Shown: positions 25,149 to 39,450, counted from the stretch's first letter. The stretch is DNA of 64,000 nucleotides from Callorhinchus milii (GCF_018977255.1 NW_024704742.1:129768001-129832000); one strand, 5' to 3'. Notes: generated by a model not told the origin, from the sequence alone. Numbers and translations are program-made.

Positions 25149-26519
25149 GATAATAATCCATCCAAAAATAAAAATTCGGTCACTCAATTCACGACTGTTT
25201 GTTGGACACCACTGTGCGCAATTGCCTGCCATGTTTTGCCCACAAATATACAGTCAATTCACTTTACAATATATTCTGTGAAGCGCTTTGAGACGTCTAG
25301 AAGACGTGAAAAGCGCTATATCAAATGCAAAGATTATTATTATTATTTTATATTATTCACCTCGGGTGGACATCTCAAAGCGTTTAACGATGTCAGATGG
25401 ATACTGATACATAATGGAATAATTTACCAATAAAATACTAGATGGAAAAAAAATAATGATAATCCTTGCATTTGATAGAGTGAGTCTTTGAGACTCTTTG
25501 AGACGTCTCGAGGCATCCCACAGAATATACTGCAAAGTGAATTGACTGTATATTTTATGGACGAATTGCGGCAGCCAATTGTGGACAGCAGTGTCCCACA
25601 AACAGTTGTGGATTGAGTGACCAAAATAATATTGCAACACCAACTTTCACTTATATAATGCCTACACACAGGGTAGCATCTCAGAGCGTTTAAAGGGTAA
25701 GGAAAAGAGCAGGGTAACATGGCGCTATTTGAAAAGAGAAGGCTGTTTCGCTTCCATTACTGAGGCTCCTAAAGTCAATTACATCAATTGAAACCTGCAA
25801 TTTCCCAAGGTTTATAGTCAGTGCTGGCTATATGGTGCTTTTACCTACCACAACAGTCCTTCTATAGCACAATTTTATGATTAATTATTGACTTTTATTT
25901 CCTATAACATTAATGTTTAGCTCACATGCCATTGCACAACTTCTTGTAATTTTGACATTTTGTAAACATTTAACATGAGCACTTAAACAAAGATAGTAAA
26001 TTAGAATAGGTTAACTCCACAATCTGTCGCCTAAAAGTTGTAAATAGCTGTAGGAGAAACTGCTTTTTACAATGTTATCAATTATTTATCCAAAATATAC
26101 ATTTCACAGTTTAATGTAAAGTTACTTATTTACAAATTTGACTTTGCATTGATTTATCATTGTAATTTTTTTATCACTTGAAAGACGTCACCCATAAATT
26201 CCATTGTGGATACAGCAAACATGTTTTAAAGATAAAAGTTATGCAGGAAATGAAATGTCATTTAAACGTTCAGTATATTATAACAATCCTTTGTTTTACT
26301 GTAAAATGTGTATTTTGTAGGCAAATGTCAAGTCTTTAATAACTCCAAGTGATATAATGGTGGGTATTGTTGGGTTGGTGGGTACAGTCATGTCACATTT
26401 GCAGTGCCATTGTCATTCACCAACTTTAACAGAGTACCTGAGCTCTGTTTTCCATCTTCTCTGGATTCGTTTGGTATTCTCAATGTGTAAGAAAGCCAAA
26501 AAGCAAAATAAAAGCTATA

Positions 26520-29500
26520 AAAAAAGAGAGTGAGAGGAGAGAATGACCTGGCAGGTGATGTGTGAGGAATGTGGTATGTGGGAGTTGATGGAGGGTGCCC
26601 TGAGCCTGGGCAACGTATCTGCAGCAAATGTCTGCAACTAAGGAAGCTCCAGCTTAGAATAGCTGAGCTGGAGGCTCAGGTGGAGACACTGCGCAGCATT
26701 AGAGATGGGGAGAGCTTCCTGGATAGTTTCATCCTGGAGCCAGACACTCCCACAAGTCCCAGGGAACATTCCATTGCCAGCCACGGACAGGACTGGGTGA
26801 TGGTCAGACAGGCGCATAAGGGGACCCGAAAGAGAGGGGCAGTGGAACCCCAGGCTTTAACCTTGTCCAAAAGGTATGAAATACTTGCAACTGTGTGGAC
26901 AAGGAAGTCTGTGAGGAAGATGGGCAAACTTACCCCACACCTCTATACAGGAGGCCACACTGGGAATAGTCAGAAGAAATATAGTGGTAATTGGGGATGA
27001 GACAGTCAGGACTTTTTTGCACTTTTTTGCAGCCATAGCGGGAGACAAGAAGACTCTGTTGCCTTCCTGGGGCCAGGGTGAAGGATGTCACTTCTGGGCT
27101 GGAGAAAAATTTGAAGCAGGAGGGAGTGGATCCAATAGTTACGATTCACATAGGGACCAATGATGTAGTGTAGGTAGGACAAGTAGGGACGAGTTGAGGA
27201 GCAAGTTCCGGGAATTGGCAGTTAAGCTAAAGAGTAGAACTTCGAAGGTATTAATATCGGGATTATTACCTGAGCCAGGGGCAAATTGGTACAGGCAAAA
27301 AAAATTAAAGAACTGAATACCTGGCTAAAAGAATGGTGCGGAGGGCAGGGGTTTCACTTTATAGGTCACTGGCACCAGTATTGGGGGAGACAGGAGTTAT
27401 TCCAAAGGAATGGATTCCACCTAAACAGGGCTGGGACAAATGTCCTGGCAACACGAATAAATAGGGAGGTAGACAGGGCTTTAAACTACTAAGGGGGGGG
27501 GGGTAAATTCAACCACATGTAATGCATCACAATTAAAATTAGGACCGATGAAAGTGGGAGAGCAGATTAACCAGGGAGATGAGCAAAGTGTGTCAAGCGG
27601 GGAAAGGAAGCCCAGGGATAGGGTACTGGTGAATAGGACTAACAGCCCAAAGTCAGAATTAAAGGTGCTATATCTGAATGCATGAAGCATTCGAAACAAG
27701 TTAGATGAGTTAAATGCAAATAGAAACAAATGGGTATGATCTGGTAGCTATCACCGAGACATGGTTACAGGGAGATCAAGGGTGGGAGCTAAATATTCCA
27801 GGGTATGTGGCGTATAGAAAAGATAGGCAATGTGGTAAACGAGGAGAGGGGGGTGGCCCTGCTAATAAAGGTTGGGATAAAAACAGTAGAGAGGAAAGAT
27901 TTTAAATCAGAAAAGCAGGAAGTAGAGTCAGTATGGGTAGAGGTACGTAACAACAAGGGGCAGAAAACTCTAGTGGGAGTAGTTTATAGACCCCCGAACA
28001 GCAGTCACAGTATCTCTCAAGGTATAAATCAGGAAATTAGCAGAGCATGTAGTAAAGGAAAAACATTAATTGTGGGTGATTTTAATCTGCACATAGATTG
28101 GGACAACCAAATTGGGAAAAGTATGATAGAGGAAGAGTTTATAGAATGTATTAGGGATAATTATCTAGATCAGTATGCCGAGGAGCCAACCAGGGAACAG
28201 GCCATATTAGTCCTTGTTTTGTGCATTGAAGCAGGGCTGATCAGCAAACTGGAAATTAAGGCTCCTCTAGGGCAAAGTGATCATAATATGATGGAATTTA
28301 GCATTAAATTATAGAGAGAAGTAGTTAAGTCCGAAGCAAAGGTTTTAAATTTAAGTAGAGCCAATTTTGCTGGTATGAGAGAGGATTTAGCCAAAATAAA
28401 CTGGGAAATTAGACTTAAGGATTTGACAGTAGACCAGCAATGGCAGACGTTTAAGGAGATAGTGCAAAATTCCCAGTGAGCACATATTCCTTTGAGGAAT
28501 AAGAATGTCAATGAGAAAGGTGTCCCAACCGTGGCTAACTAGAGCAGTTAGGGAAAGTATAAAGTTAAAGGAAGAAGCCTATAAAACAGCTTAGATGAGT
28601 ACTAAACCCGAGGATTGGGAGAACTTTAGAGATCAACAAAGGAGAACCAAAAAAGTGATTAAGAGGGAGAATATGGAATAAGAGGGCAAACTAGAGAAGA
28701 ACATAAAGACAGACTACAAGAGTTTTTATAAATATATAAAGAGGAAGAGGCTGCTAAAGGTAAATGTGGTCCGCTACAGGCAGAGACGGGGAGAATTATA
28801 GTAGGGGACAAAGACATGGCAGAGTCATTAAATAAGTCCTTTGCTACAGTCTTCACCTTAGAAGACACTGAAAACCTACCAAGAATAGAGGGGAAGCAAG
28901 AAGACAATTTGGCGAGCAACTTGGGGGAATTAATATTAGTAAAGAAATGGTTTTAGGTAAATTGTCAGGTCTTAAAACTGATAAATCTCCTGGACCTGAT
29001 GGCCTACCTCCTAGGGTTTTAAAAGAGGTGGCTACTGAGATAGTGGATGGCTTGTCTTTGATCTTCCAAAATTCTCTGGATTCTGGAACGGCTCCTATTG
29101 ATTGGAAGATTGCAAATGTAACACCACTATTTAAGAAGGGTGGGAGAGAAAAGATGGGGAACTATAGACAGTTAGTCTGACATCAGTGGTAGGGAAAATT
29201 CTTGAGTCCTTAATTAAAGATGTGGTTATGGGATACCTTGAAGACCATATTAAGATTAGGCAGAGTCAACATGACTTTACAAAAGGGAAGTCATGCTTAA
29301 CTAATCTTTTAGAGTTTTTTGAAGATGCATCTACAACAACAACAAGATACAATTTATAGAGCGCCTTTCACGTCAGGAGGACGTCCCAAGGCGCTGTACA
29401 GTTGGGTCAGGACCCGAGCAGGGGGGAAATGGTCAGGGTGAGGGGAGGGAAGGGAGGGAGCGAGGAGGGGGTAGAGAGTCGAGAGGGGAGCTGAAGGCAC

Positions 29501-30724
29501 AGTTAGATAGGAGGGACCCAGTAGATGTAGTATATTTAGATTTTAAAAAGGTGTTTGACAAAGTGCCACACAAAAGGCTATTGCACAAGGTTAAGGCCCA
29601 TGGGATTAATGGGAACATATTAACATGGATTGAAGAGTGGCAAACGGGTAGAAAACAGAGAGTAGGGATAACCGGGTCATTCTCGAATTGGCAGGATGTG
29701 ACTAGTGGAGTGCCACAAGGATCAAATGCTTGGGCCTCAGCTATTTATAATTTACATCAATGATCTAGACGAGGACATTGAATGTAAAGTAACTAAATTC
29801 ATGGATGACACTAACCTAGGTGGGAGAGTAAGCTCTGAGGATGATGCAAAAAGATTGCAGCCGGATATAGATAGGCTCGGGGAGTGGGCGAGTCCATGGC
29901 AGATGGAATTTAATGTGGGGAAGTGTGAAGTTATATAGGTAGNAAAAATAGAAAAACAGATTATTTTCTAGAGGGGGAGAGATTAGATAGTGTTAGTGTT
30001 CAGAGGGATTTGGGTGTCCTTGTACACCAGTCTCAAAAAGTTAGTTTGTAGGTGCAGCAATCAACTAAGAAGGCGAACGGCATGTTAGCGTTCATTGCAA
30101 AAGGTTTAGAGTACAAGAGTAGGGAAGTCTTGCTGCAACTGTATAGGGCTTTGGTAAGACCACACCTAGAGTATTGTGTGCAGTTTTGGTCTCCTTATTT
30201 AAAAAAGGACATACTTGCCCTAGAGGGGGTGCAGCGTAGATTCACTCGGTTAGTTCCTGGGATGAGGGGACTGATGTATGAGGATAGGTTGAATAAACTA
30301 GGGCTGTATTCTCTAGAGTACAGAAGAGTTAGGGGAGATCTTATTGAAACATATAAGATTCTTAAAGGGCCGGATAAAGTAGAGGGTCTGTTTCCCCTGG
30401 TAGGAGAATCTATAACCAGGGGTCACAGTCTTTAAAATTAAGGGTCAGCCTTTTAGAACAGAGTTGAGGAAATATCTCTTCACTCAGAGGATAGTGAATT
30501 TATGGAATTCACTACCCCAGAAGGCTGTAGATGCTCAGTCCTTGAACATTTTCAAGACTGAGACTGATAGAGTTTTAAAAAACAGAGGGATTAGGGGCTA
30601 TGGGGATAGGGCAGGTAATTAGAGTTAGGTCTGAAGATCAGCCATAATCTTATCGAATGGCGGGGCAGGCTCGAGGGGCCAAATGGCCTACTCCTGCTCC
30701 TAATTCTTATGTTCTTATGTTCTT
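26520..30724 (+). mobile_element. Near-full-length degenerate CR1 LINE (ORF1 zinc finger/coiled coil + SGNH esterase; ORF2 APE endonuclease + RT)
   Basis: ORF1 CSKCLQLRKLQLRIAELE..., HIGTND, GFHLNRAG; ORF2 AITETWL, GVVYRPP, GDFN, KSPGPDG, FDKVPH, VRPHLEYCVQFWSP; multiple stops and frameshifts; (TTCTTATG)n 3' tail. Confidence 0.93.
29334..29500 (-). mobile_element. Short L2 3' fragment nested inside the CR1 RT region
   Basis: Near-identical to the L2 3' UTR and (TTG)n tail at 53420-53640; interrupts the CR1 frame between FFEDAS and LDRRDPVDVVYLDF. Confidence 0.9.
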
Positions 30725-31241
30725 AAAATAAAGTGACACAGGCCATGAGGAGTGACATAGTAAGGAGTAAATCATATCCTGACATGCAGCCAAGTACCTG
30801 ATAATTGTTGCTGACACCTCAGGCTGGTGCAGAAAACCTCTAATTTAGACGGAACGTGAACAAACTCACCAGCTCACTGGTTGTGAGTCACTTGCAGTTA
30901 ATGTCAAGAAAATAACAGTCTTAACGCACTAATTGAGATTGCTTGCTGAGTGCTCATGCCAAGTGCAAAATCAGCCTTCAGCTTCCCAAAGGCAATCATG
31001 GAGTGTCTCCCAGTGAGGAAAAGAGCAGATAATCCTGATAAGATTGGGAATGTCCTCTGATATCCAGACAAAAGCTCTGATATACAGGTACTGATGAAGA
31101 CACTGATATAATGAAGAAGACTCATGTAATGAAGAAGGTGAAAGAGCAAGGGAGTGGGACAGGCAAGATGGGCCGAATGGCCTACTTCTGTGCTGTAGGA
31201 TTCTATGATTCCAAAGCTCTGATATCCTGAAGAAAACTGAT

Positions 31242-31571
31242 ATAATAATAATAATATAATAATAATCCTTGCATTTGATATAGCGCTTTTCACGTCGGGA
31301 GGACGTCCCAAAGCGCTTCACAGAACACACTGTAAAGTGAATTGACTGTATATTTGTGGGCGAACGCAGCAGCCAATTGTGCACAGCAATGTCCCACAAA
31401 CAGTCGTAGATTGAAAATGACCAATTTATTATTGTTTTTGGTTTTGGAGGGATTATTATTAGGCGTGTGGAGTAAGGAAACTTGCCCAAGGTTTCGCCCT
31501 CTGCCTGGAATTGAACTCAGGTCTCTCACTTGCAAAGCGAGTGCTCTAACCACTGAGCTACAGGGCTCCAC
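31242..31571 (-). mobile_element. Young, internally deleted SINE subfamily, full length; near-identical 3' parts at 14734-14945, 20813-21043, 38592-38768
   Basis: tRNA head joined directly to AATAATCCCTCCAAAACC..., lacking the central CTGTTTACCCAGCAG...TAGTCGA segment; tail GGGACGTCCTCCCGACGTG. Confidence 0.9.
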
Positions 31572-34500
31572 ATAATGAAGAAGATGCTGATATCCTGAAG
31601 CTTCCCAAAGTCAATCACACAGTTGCTTCCCAAAGCGATGGAGTAGAAACCTGAAAAGTTCCCAAACTGCCCTTTGATATCCTAAAGAACCCCAATGACC
31701 ACCTAATCAAAGGGTCAGTTCTACCCAATCTAGAGATAGCCCAAGGCAACGTGGGACTTGAACCCACAGTTTGATACAGCATCTTTCATGTTAGGAGGTT
31801 GTCTTAAAGTGCTTCACAGGATTTTCTGTAAAGTGTAATCAATGTGTATTTTATGGATAAATGCAGCAGCCAATTTTAGTGAATGATCAATCTTTTCCAA
31901 GAGATTGTTGGCCAGGCTTGACTTTTATATCATTGACAGAATTTTTTTGTTGCCTTTTGCTGCTTACACTGTGAGGTGTCTTGTTACTTATAGTCACCTT
32001 GATAAACTTGATGGCCCTTTCATCCAATAACCTATTTTGTCTTTCCCACTTTAGGGGTTGGTTTCCATACATTGCAACCACAAGTGTTTATACAAATGGT
32101 CACAGTATTGGTTACTAAGGTCCGTTTTATTCCTCTTCTAGTTGAACTAAATCCTTTTTTAATTAAACACCACCCTCTGTGTCAATTGCAGCCCCGATTA
32201 GCCACAGGTAGTTTAGTCTTTCCTGCAGTTGAGCTTGACCTTGGAATGCCATCTTTGTTTATTCACTTGTCAATCATTCCCATTGAACACAGAGCTCGGT
32301 AAAACTTTCCAAACAACATCATATCTGCACTACAGTATTAAGTCATAGATCTATGTAACCGATTTACACAAAACCTTAAATAGTATGACCATAGATATCC
32401 ACCTGGCTCAGTCTGCAGAAAGCACCCCTCTGAGTCAGAATTTTGTGGGTTCAAACCCCACTTTGGGATTTTGACCTCACATAGTCTCGGCTGACGCTCT
32501 AATTCAGTTTTTTGTTGCTTTGCCGGAAGTGCTGACTTAGATGAGACATTGAACTGAACTTCTTTCGGTTAAAGATCACATGGCGCCATTGGAAAGAGAA
32601 GAGTTTTTTGCCCAGTTGCCAGGCCTGGCCAACAATCTCTCAGATAAGATTGAGAACTTACTTCATGGCTGTTTGTGGGACATTGCTGGAAGCAAATTGG
32701 CTGCTGCGTCCACCCATAAAATACACATTCACTACACTTTACAGAAAATCCTGTGAAGGACGTGAAAGGTGCTATATTAAATTGTGGTTTCAACCCCTAC
32801 GTTGAAATTTTTAACTCACAGTCCAGGTTTGCATTACAATGCAGTGTTGGGGTGCTATTTTCAATGCAATACAATTTACACTTATATAGCGGCTTTCACA
32901 TCGGGAGAACATCTCAAAGTACTTTACAGTGCTGGATGTGCAACCAGCCTGGGAGTGGGAGCTGTGGAGGGTGGGAAAGGAGAGGAACGATAATCCGAAA
33001 TCCCAGTCAAAGAGGTTCGTTATCAAATGTCAACATCAAACATAAGGATTATTATTTAAATTTAAAATCCATCTGCACATCATCGTTAACTTGCATTAGC
33101 TTCTGGGTTCATTGCTTAACACTACAGTGCTCTGCATTCCTTTCCAGATTTGGGTTGTTATATATTCCATGTCTCGGTGTGAATTTTCCAAACCACTTGA
33201 ATATCGACTTGAAACATTAAAGATGTGAAGACGTCCCATAGCTGTCTGCCCTATCTCATCTTGAGAATTGGGCGTTAGAATACAAATGTTTCAACATGTC
33301 TTAAAGGGAGCAAACCATATCATTAAAGATCTTTCTAAATGTCTCAAGAGGAAAAAGTGATTGGAAGATTCCAATCAAAGTGAGCTGTGATTTACCAAAA
33401 AATGAGACATTAATCCGAGGTCTCATCTGCCTATTCAAGTGGACACTAAAGATCCCTTGGCACTATTTGATAAGAGAAGGGAGTTTCTTCCAATGTTCTG
33501 GCCAACAATCCTCCACATAAAATTGACGATTCACTGCCTGGCTGATTGTGTGGTTGTATTTACCTACACAATACTTATTCACTGTACTTTACAGTAAATC
33601 TGTGAAGTAATATGAGACATTTTGCCAATGTAATAAGGCGTTATATCAAATCGGAGTTGGAGTTCTGTAGCTCAGTGGTTAGAGCACTCACTTCGCAAAT
33701 GAGACTTGTGTTCGTCTCCCAGCGATTTCTGTGCGCCCCGTTTTGCCCACAAATATACAGTCAATTCACTTTACAATATATTCTGTGAAGTGCTTTGAGA
33801 CGTCTAGAAGACGTGAAAAGCGCTACATCAAATGCAAGGATTATTATTATTAAATTCAAGGTTTATTATTGTTATATAACAAAAAGGCATGAATTGCAAT
33901 GGGCTTCAGAAACTCGAAAGAAAAGTTGTGCAAGTGACGGGTATAGTTAATCTCTTGAATAATTCCCTTCAGAATCCACAATAGAAGATTATAGCAGTAT
34001 TACTGAGCCTGTGACCAAGTGGTCAGCTGATACTTCACAGTATATAACAAAACTGGTGATTAGCCAAGAAATTGAAATTAAAGGGAAAGGCAACTCTGAA
34101 GGCAGTCAAAGGAAATGGCCAAATACAATGGAAGGAATGTGCGTTGTTCAGAATTGTAGGTTTGGTGATTTTTTTAACAGGGTTGAAAATGCAATAGAAG
34201 GGTAAAGTGTTTGCAGAGACTTAACCATGTGTAAATTAGCACAAGAAATGGGTTAGAAATACCAAACTTTACCCCTTATCTGCAATACTCACAGAATCTG
34301 AAAGGTCATTATTTCAATTGAAGCCTTAATATTCCTTTCTTGAAGGAAGCAGAGAAATGAGAGAATACTATATGGTGTTAAGCACTTAACGCAAAGAAAC
34401 CTAATGATTCTATCAGAAGATTGGGGTGAGATGTTCAGTGAGTGCATTTCACACCATAACATTTTGAAAGTTGTGTTCAAAAAAATGGACAGCACCAGAA

Positions 34501-34650
34501 ATTAACTGTTCAAAACTGCTCAGAAAATCATTTTAATGTGGTTGTTGAAAGATAATTAAAGTACCTACTAATTCACTGCAGATAAATGTTGACATAGTTA
34601 GGGAGAGACAGCAGACAGATGTTGATATAGTTGGACAGTGGACTGATAGC

Positions 34651-34860
34651 AGGGCGTCAAAATTCCTCCTGGTCTTACCTTCTAAGACCATTTACCTTAA
34701 AATCTGATCTAGTGAAAATTGCAGAAAATTTTTAAATTCAGGATTAATCTGAAAACCTGTCTACAATCTTCTTAAAAAGAGCTTGCTTCCAAATAAGGAC
34801 TGAATTTAAGATTTTTTCTTAACTGTGCTCAATCTTGAGTAAGGTGAAATTTCAGGCCTT
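34651..34860. mobile_element. MITE-like element with GGCCTGAAATT-type ends; related fragments at 36638-36733 and about 62325-62400
   Basis: Left end AGGGCGTCAAAATTCCTCCTGGTCTTA is complementary to TAAGACCAGGTGAAATTTCAGGCCT of the 36.7 kb copy; right end GGTGAAATTTCAGGCCTT. Confidence 0.55.
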
Positions 34861-35993
34861 AAGTCGACTATTTTCAACCCTGAGAAGATGGAAATCGATA
34901 ACAATCAAGAAAGTTTGATTAGTGTTGTTCTTTACTCACTATTCCATGAAGGCAAAATGCCTCTCCTAGGTTAGAAACAGCCAGCTCCCTGGGTTGGTGG
35001 CCATAACCAGATATATAGGTGCGGAAGATCTCTGGAAAAGCTGTCAAAAAAAATTAGAATTCTCAAGAACTACAACAAATTACATTTGTATAGCGCCTTT
35101 CACTTTGGGAGGATGTCCCAAAGCGCTACGGGCAGGTTCAACTTCAATATCCTCACACTCGTGTTCAAATCCCTTCACTCTCTGGCTCCTCCCTACCTCT
35201 CCAACCTCCTCACTGCCCAATCCACCACCCGGTGCCTCTGCTTGACTGGCATTGGACTCCTACTTGTCCCTCGAACCACCATTGGAGGTCACGCATTCAG
35301 CCACTGCACCCTGAAACTGGAACATTCTCCCTCAATCCCTCCGCCTTGCCCCATCTTTCCTCCTTTTCAGGTCCTGCCTGAAAACCGCTCTTTCAACTGT
35401 GCATACGGTTACCTCCCCACCCCACCCCCCGACTCTGCTCGGATTCAGGCTCCACCACTGCTAAGCGCTGTGAGATGCTACCCTGTGTGGAGGGCGCTAT
35501 ATAAGTGCAATTTGTTGTTGTAGGGTGGAGATAGGAGGGTGATAGAAGGCGCAGGCAACCAACAAAAATTGTCTCCTATTACCACCTTCAGTGTACTCTA
35601 AAACCTTAGAACTATAGCAAAGTATAGAGTAGAAGAAGCCCATTTGGCTCATTGAGTCTGTGCTGGCTCTTTTAAAGAGCATTCCTTCATTCTATCAATT
35701 GGGACTGAAGTGTGGTCACATATGTGCATTGTGTTGGACATCTTATCCCTGAGCTCAAGAATGTTATCAAGTCCATATTGAGCACAAATGTGGTGATTAG
35801 CAGTAATAGTAAGCAAGGTGTGTTGCACTTGGTAGGGAATGCACACCTAATTCTAAATAAATGCAAAATTTCCATGTGTAGGTGGCACAGGTAGAACTGA
35901 ACTCTCATGTGTCAGACATCCGGCTCACAAGATATTACTATCTTACTGTGGGCACCACCCTACCTCCCACTCCACCTTCATCTCATCGGATTA

Positions 35994-36372
35994 TGTAGAG
36001 TCCTGTAGTTCAATGGTTACAGCACTCACTTCGCAAGCAAGAGGACCTTTGTTTGATTCCCGAGCACGGTACAATGTTGGGCAAGTTTCCTGACTCCACA
36101 TGCCTCTGTTTACCCAGCAGCAAGTAGGAACCCGGTTATTAGTCGATTAAGGGATTGCTTTTCCGGGGGTAATAATCCCTTCAAAAAAATAAATAACTAA
36201 AATAATTTGATCACTCAATCCATGGTGGTTTGTTGGACACTGCTGTGTGCAAGTGGCTGCTGTGTTTTGCCCACAAAATATACAGTCAGTTCACTTTACA
36301 GTATATTCTGTGAAGCGCTTTGGGACGTCTCGAAGACATGATAAGGCGCTATATCAAATGCAAGGATTATTA
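35994..36372 (+). mobile_element. Full-length tRNA-SINE (same family)
   Basis: Colinear with 20011-20394. Confidence 0.9.
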
Positions 36373-38194
36373 TAAAAACACAGTCACATGGTTCTGACAT
36401 TCCACACAAGCACTGAAATCCCCTGTTTATTTTGTCTTAAAATGATAGTTTGAGCAGAATTGTAGAAGCCATTTTTCTGAAGGAATTGATGGAAAATCGG
36501 AATTGATCATAATATGTAATACTAATCCTTGCATTTGATATAGCACTTTTCAGATCTTCTAGACGTCTCAAAGCGCTTCACAGAATATACTGTAAAGTGA
36601 ATTGACTATATTTGTGGGCAAATTAAGGCTGCTAATTAAGACTGAATTGAAGATTTTTTCACAATTCTGGCCATCTTAAATTTTAAAGACAAGATGCCCT
36701 AACGGGATAAGACCAGGTGAAATTTCAGGCCTCAAATTCTATGCTACAGTCAAATGCAGGCTAATCCCATTCAATAGTTCAAGGTCCATCATATACAACT
36801 ATTTAAGCAGAGTGAAGTATCATGGGCGAGGTGTTCTTGGCATAAGAACAACAGTAATAACAAAATTAAATTTGTAATGCACTTTTCACGTCAGGCGCTG
36901 GACAGACAGAGTTAGGGACCCGAGCTGGGGGTTGGGCTGGGGAGGGTGGAGGGCAGGGGGTTAAGCAGGGAGATCGAAAGCACGGTTGAAGAGGAGGGTC
37001 TTGAGGTGGGTCTTGAAGGTGGCAAGGGATGGGGCAAGGCGGAGGGACTGTGGGATGGAGTTCCAGAGGGTGGGGGTAGAGTGGCAGAAGGCCCACCCGC
37101 CAATAGCGGGGTTAGCGAGGCGGGGGACGTGAAGCAGGCCGGAGTCCGCTGAGCAGAGGGAGCAAACAGGATGGTAAGGGGTTAAGAATGATGCATCATG
37201 GAATATAATAATAATAATACTTGAATTTGATATAGTGCCTTATCATGTCTTTAAGACATCTCAAAGCACTTCATGATAATATATGTACCACTGCTTTGGG
37301 AGTTTTACCAGTAAGAAACATAAATTTGTAATTACTTAAACATTATAGACTATTAGATTTGTTTAAGTTGATTATTATGCTGTTTTCATTTTGCTTAGAA
37401 TGGAAGTCACTTAACATTTGTAGCGCTAAACCTTTAAAACAAAATTCTGCCGAGAACCTTTGCGACCTTGATAGAAATGAATAGTGTCTCTTTTTCCTTT
37501 ATCTACTGTCCCTGTGTAGTTATGTAGATAAGAGATATGACTAGTGGGGCTTTGGCATGCAGAAGTGGCAAGGAAATGTGTGTTGGCAGTCTCAAACTCT
37601 AAGGAACAGAAGCGAGGAGTGTGGGTGTGGGTAACCAATGTTAGTTGTTTGAAGTCTTTGTTCTCTTAAATATAGGTTGGGTTAATGGTCAATGACAGAA
37701 TTTGACATGTTTGTTCAGCAGTATAAGTATTGGTCAATAACTAGCCTAAAGATGAAACAGTTTTGGATAGAAGCCAATAATTATACAGTTTCTCAAATCA
37801 GTAAATGCCGCCTTTCTGTACAGGCTTCTTGAATAAAACCTATTATTGAAGGAGTATCCGTCTCTATGAGCTTGATTATCTCAGTGTCCCAAAACCCAAA
37901 AGGTTATAACTTAATGAATTTATTTGAATTAAGTATACAGAATTGACTCAATGCAGTCAATGAAAGTCAACTGTCAGCCACTCAACAATGGTTGGAGAAG
38001 CATTGAATTATGGAAAGGCTCCAAGCATCTCAGATGGTGCCACAGTGTCCTCAGGAACTGCCAGCATGGACACTGTGAGACATCTGTCCCTGTCATCGCT
38101 CAGTGACTTTGTACAAACCTTTAAAGAGAGATCCTCCCTACGGCAAAGGTGGTAGATGAGACGCAAGGATTGTAAGGATTATCATTATTATGTT

Positions 38195-38447
38195 ATTACA
38201 GTTTAAATCACTCTGTGGAGGTGATTTCTGTGTAATTTTCAGTGATGGGTCAGCCAGACCAATAACACTGTCACGTCACATATGAATGGATGTTACTTTA
38301 ATAGTACTGTATACTTGAGCTTCCTAAAATTCCTACGTTTTCCAGGAGATTGATATTTTGTCAAGATATTTTCTGAATAGTTGTATTAACAGTCCCAGTC
38401 GCACCAATGATTATAGGAACTATATTTGTTTTACCTTGCCACATACG
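38195..38447 (-). mobile_element. Second R4/Dong-like relic
   Basis: Reverse-complement similarity to 21130-21385 (PIIIGATGTVN; shared 3' UTR TGGTCTGGCTGACCCATCACTGAAAA...AGAGTGATTTAAAC). Confidence 0.72.
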
Positions 38448-39356
38448 TATTACTATTGTTATGGTTACAATGATGTTGATGACAACGATTACTATTACTT
38501 AATGGAACCATAGAAATTTACAGAAGAAGGCCATTCAACACATCATGTCTACACCCGCTCCCTCAAGAAGAATCTTTTCAGTCCCATTTACAATAATAAA
38601 TTGGTCATTTTCAATCTACGACTGTTTGTGGGACATTGCTGTGCGCAATTGGCTGCCGCGTTCGCCCACAAATATACAGTCAATTCACTTTACAGTGTGT
38701 TCTGTGAAGCGCTTTGGGACATCCTCCCGACGTGAAAAGCGCTATATCAAATGCAAGGATTACTATTACCTGCCGTTTAAAAAGGAAACTAGTCAAATAC
38801 AGTACCTTAAAAAGAGTCAGCTACACGGGTTCCCCCTTGAAGTTATTACTTCAGTGAAATACAATTTTCTTTGTTACAAAACTGGATAGTTTTTTTTTGT
38901 AGCTCATTTACTTTATATACTGTTAAAAATCTTGGGGAAACTCATCAGCTGGACAAATAAAATGTGTTTTTGGTCCCTAAGCTTCACTACAATATAAAAC
39001 TACATTTAATCCTGCTCTTTAACGGTATTAGAGGGAAAGTGTTAAAAATCTGGAATCACATTGCACGACAACAAAGATTTATTTTCTGTCTGGCAAAACA
39101 GTAATGTGGATCCAATGACTGACTGTCACCTTTAATTGTTGGTCGGAATTCAACACAGTGTGTCATTCACCTGACGTAAAACATCTAAACATTAGAGGAG
39201 GCAGAGTTACTGAATCATAGCTTCAAACGAAAGATTCTTAGGGTTACCAATGCCAGTGAGACTTTTATGTGCATCGGTATATGACAGCCACAGCAATTAA
39301 GCAAATACACTTGCAGTTCTTTATGCTACAGCAGAAATTTTAACATTCACAATATA

Positions 39357-39450
39357 ATGCAGAGATTATTGGTTCTGTTACTGGTTCAGCTTTTATACGC
39401 TGGGAAGTGTACCTCAACTCCAGCTCCTCACCATGAAGAAAAGCACAAAG
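39357..39450 (+). CDS. ca9: CA exon 1: signal peptide plus short His-rich segment
   Basis: MQRLLVLLLVQLLYAGKCTSTPAPHHEEKHK; donor AAG|GTAAGA; phase 1. Confidence 0.8.

Noticed and set aside
26520..30724. Active autonomous CR1
   Set aside because: Multiple stops and frameshifts plus a nested L2 insertion
14734..38768. Recurrent near-identical ~200-bp blocks suggesting an array or CRISPR-like system
   Set aside because: Dispersed SINE copies in both orientations with no regular spacing; eukaryotic context and no cas genes
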